From Candidatus Moranbacteria bacterium UBA1362 (GTDB lineage Bacteria; Patescibacteriota; Minisyncoccia; Moranbacterales; GWC2-37-73): a stretch of DNA of 49,903 nt. The notes beneath the pieces are model-generated. The model saw nothing but the letters and a program-made list of their open reading frames with translations, was not told the origin of the DNA and made no database searches. Shown one piece after another: positions 47,853-49,903 of this stretch. The translations under genes were made by a program, and so were the position numbers. Each line of letters begins with the position of its first letter. Positions within the stretch are counted from its first letter, which is position 1. Location of the stretch: assembly GCA_002306085.1 (NCBI GenBank), contig DBRS01000019.1, forward strand, positions 336 to 50,238, in the 5' to 3' direction.

Positions 47853-49538
47853 CTACATGGATTTAGGTGCGCTTACTCCTATAAGCCTTAATGTTTCCGC
47901 AAGCACGATTCTTGCGGAATTAACGAGGGAAAGTCTGGCTTTTGAAAGCTCGGGATTTTCTTCATCGATAACCCTGCACGCGTCGTAGAAAGAGTGGAAT
48001 TTGTCGGCAAGCTTCAATGCATAGTGAGGAAGCCTGTGAGCTTCATAACTTTCGGAAATTTCTTCGATAAGTTCCGGAAATTTATTAAGTTCTTTGATCA
48101 AATCAAGCTCTTTTTCATGTGATAGCAAGGAAAGATTGATATCGTTGCTCGCTGATTCTTGTTTATTGTTCGCCGAAAGAGATTTCTGGAGTATACTACA
48201 AATTCTTGCATGAGCATATTGCACGTAGAAAACCGGATTCTTTTGCGACTGCTCCTTCGCAAGACCAAGATCAAAGTTCATGTGCGTGTCGGGCGAATAC
48301 ATGAGAAAAAAGAACCTTGCCACATCGTGTCCCACCTCTTCAATGAGGTCATCAATATACACCACGTTGCCCGCGCGCTTGCTCATCCTAACTTCCTTGC
48401 CGTCTTTCACGAGCCGCACAAGCTGCGAAAGTATTATTCTGAAATCCCCGTGAAAGCCCAACATCTTGGCAACAGCTTTAAGCCTTGAAACATAGCCGTG
48501 ATGGTCGGCTCCAAGCCCCATTATGAGCTTGTCAAATCCTCTCTCGATCTTGTCCAGCATATATCCGCAATCCCCCGCTATATACGCGTTCTTGCCGTCA
48601 CTTTTGACAAGCACTCTGTCTTTATCATCTCCGAATTCGGTCGTCTTGAGCCAAAGCGCGCCGTCCGATTCATATGTGAAACCTTTTTTCTTGAGCATTT
48701 CTACCGCACGATTGTCATATCCCTTTTTCTGCAGTTCCTTCTCGCTCGTCCATTCATCAAATTCGATGCGCATTTTTTCTTTTACTGTTTTTTTGATGAT
48801 GTTTTCAAGGATATAATTTGCGGATTTTTCTCCGACTTCTCTCACATCTTGGATTTTTCCAAATTTCTTGTTGAGTTCGTCAATATATTCTCCTTCATAC
48901 ACTTTCTCACCATCCTTCAGGACACTATGCCCGAGTTTTACGACTTGTTCTCCCGCGTCGTTTACATAATATTCCACCGTAACGTCAAACCCGGCTTTTC
49001 TGAGAATTTTTGAAAGTGAATCGCCATAGAAACCTCCGCGTCCGTTTCCTAGGTGCAGAGGACCTGTGGGATTTGCGGAAATGAATTCGTTGTTTATTTT
49101 GATTCCTTTGCCCTTTTGAGATGCGCCAAAATTTTCCTTTTCCGCGTTTATTTTTCCGACAACGTCCTGCAGATATTTTTTCGAAAGATAAAAATTCAAA
49201 TACCCCGGCGCCGCAACCTCGATTTTCTCAAAATTTTTTACCGTGTCATCCTGAGCATTAGCGAAGGATTCCGTTATAGTATCATTGGATTTAATATTTC
49301 GAGATTCTTCACTTCGTTCAGAATGACATATAGCATCTTTTATCGCCTCCGCAATTTCCATCGGATCCTTTCCCACTTTCTTTGCCAAAACCATCGCTAT
49401 ATTCGAAGAATAATCTCCAAATTTATCATTTTTTGTATACTCTGCCTGAATTTCGGGCAACTCGAAATCGGACCACTCCTGTGACTTTTTCGCCATCAAA
49501 ACCGCTTTTTTGAGCAAATTTGCCGTTTTCTGTTTCAT
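47853..49538 (-). CDS. argS: arginine--tRNA ligase
   Basis: FGDYSSN, SANPTGPLHLGNGR, GADHHGY, MSKRAG, YVQYAHAR. Confidence 0.97.
   Translation of the reverse strand: MKQKTANLLKKAVLMAKKSQEWSDFELPEIQAEYTKNDKFGDYSSNIAMVLAKKVGKDPMEIAEAIKDAICHSERSEESRNIKSNDTITESFANAQDDTVKNFEKIEVAAPGYLNFYLSKKYLQDVVGKINAEKENFGASQKGKGIKINNEFISANPTGPLHLGNGRGGFYGDSLSKILRKAGFDVTVEYYVNDAGEQVVKLGHSVLKDGEKVYEGEYIDELNKKFGKIQDVREVGEKSANYILENIIKKTVKEKMRIEFDEWTSEKELQKKGYDNRAVEMLKKKGFTYESDGALWLKTTEFGDDKDRVLVKSDGKNAYIAGDCGYMLDKIERGFDKLIMGLGADHHGYVSRLKAVAKMLGFHGDFRIILSQLVRLVKDGKEVRMSKRAGNVVYIDDLIEEVGHDVARFFFLMYSPDTHMNFDLGLAKEQSQKNPVFYVQYAHARICSILQKSLSANNKQESASNDINLSLLSHEKELDLIKELNKFPELIEEISESYEAHRLPHYALKLADKFHSFYDACRVIDEENPELSKARLSLVNSARIVLAETLRLIGVSAPKSM
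49244..49328. repeat. REP/RPE-like palindromic element in frame inside argS
   Basis: Arms TGTCATCCTGAGCATTAGCGAAGGATTC and GAGATTCTTCACTTCGTTCAGAATGACA; encodes CHSERSEES...SFANAQDD. Confidence 0.85.
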
Positions 49539-49544
49539 AATTCA

Positions 49545-49572
49545 ATTATACATGCCAATCCTTTTTAGGCAA
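49545..49572 (-). promoter_or_regulatory. argS promoter (probably gives a leaderless mRNA)
   Basis: TTGCCT, 16 bp spacer, TATAAT, 6 nt before ATG. Confidence 0.7.
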
Positions 49573-49903
49573 TGATATTCACTAGCCAATACCGGCATAT
49601 TCTGCCGCACAGACTGACTTAGACGTTGACAGATGCTCTGCCCATACGATATAAAAGCCAAAACATATGACGGTGACTGTCATCCGGATTCATCCATAAA
49701 CTTTGGTTAACATAAAATCACCTCCCTTTACAGTTGGTGATTTTATCGTAATCCAAGAGCTACGCTTTAAAGGTGCACACTTTTATAGCACGGAAAATAT
49801 CATTTTAGCCCACCACGGATAAAAATATTTAGAAAAAATTGATTTATAAAAGTCGTGGATTCCATGAGCGAGCAAATTAGTAACGGCTGGAGATTAGGGA
49901 CCA

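Noticed and set aside
49690-49692. TGA read-through or genetic code 25 to extend the micro-ORF
   Set aside because: Long genes have no in-frame TGA, and TGA ends the CYTH gene (10461), so the standard code applies

Overview
AT-rich housekeeping region of a small-genome bacterium. The gene style suggests Patescibacteria/CPR (Parcubacteria-like); this is inferred, not tested. TGA is used as a stop, so the code is standard. Genes: dnaE, thrS, miaB-miaA, gatB, a kinase/dCMP deaminase/tandem ThyX/CYTH operon, secE-nusG-rplK-rplA, tRNA-Ala and tRNA-Ile, a giant frameshifted Gly-rich/FN3 surface protein, trxB, uppP, a head-to-head Trm9-like methyltransferase + Elp3 pair, NUDIX, dxs, rlmN, PAP2, a nucleotidyltransferase, leuS, folD, a MacB-type ABC pair, an ArsR regulator, tgt, an Ig-like membrane protein, recO, ileS, a GT4 and argS. 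Most notable: (1) two T-box leaders (thrS, ileS) that display the cognate codon in a 7-nt CU-NNN-AA hairpin loop, which is tRNA anticodon-loop geometry, and are coupled to terminators; (2) an Elp3 + Trm9-like pair suggesting eukaryote/archaea-type mcm5U34 tRNA modification in a bacterium; (3) several families of small palindromes and period-7 repeats found in intergenic DNA, inside RNA leaders, and in frame inside essential genes. No CRISPR array, prophage, transposase or rRNA was seen.
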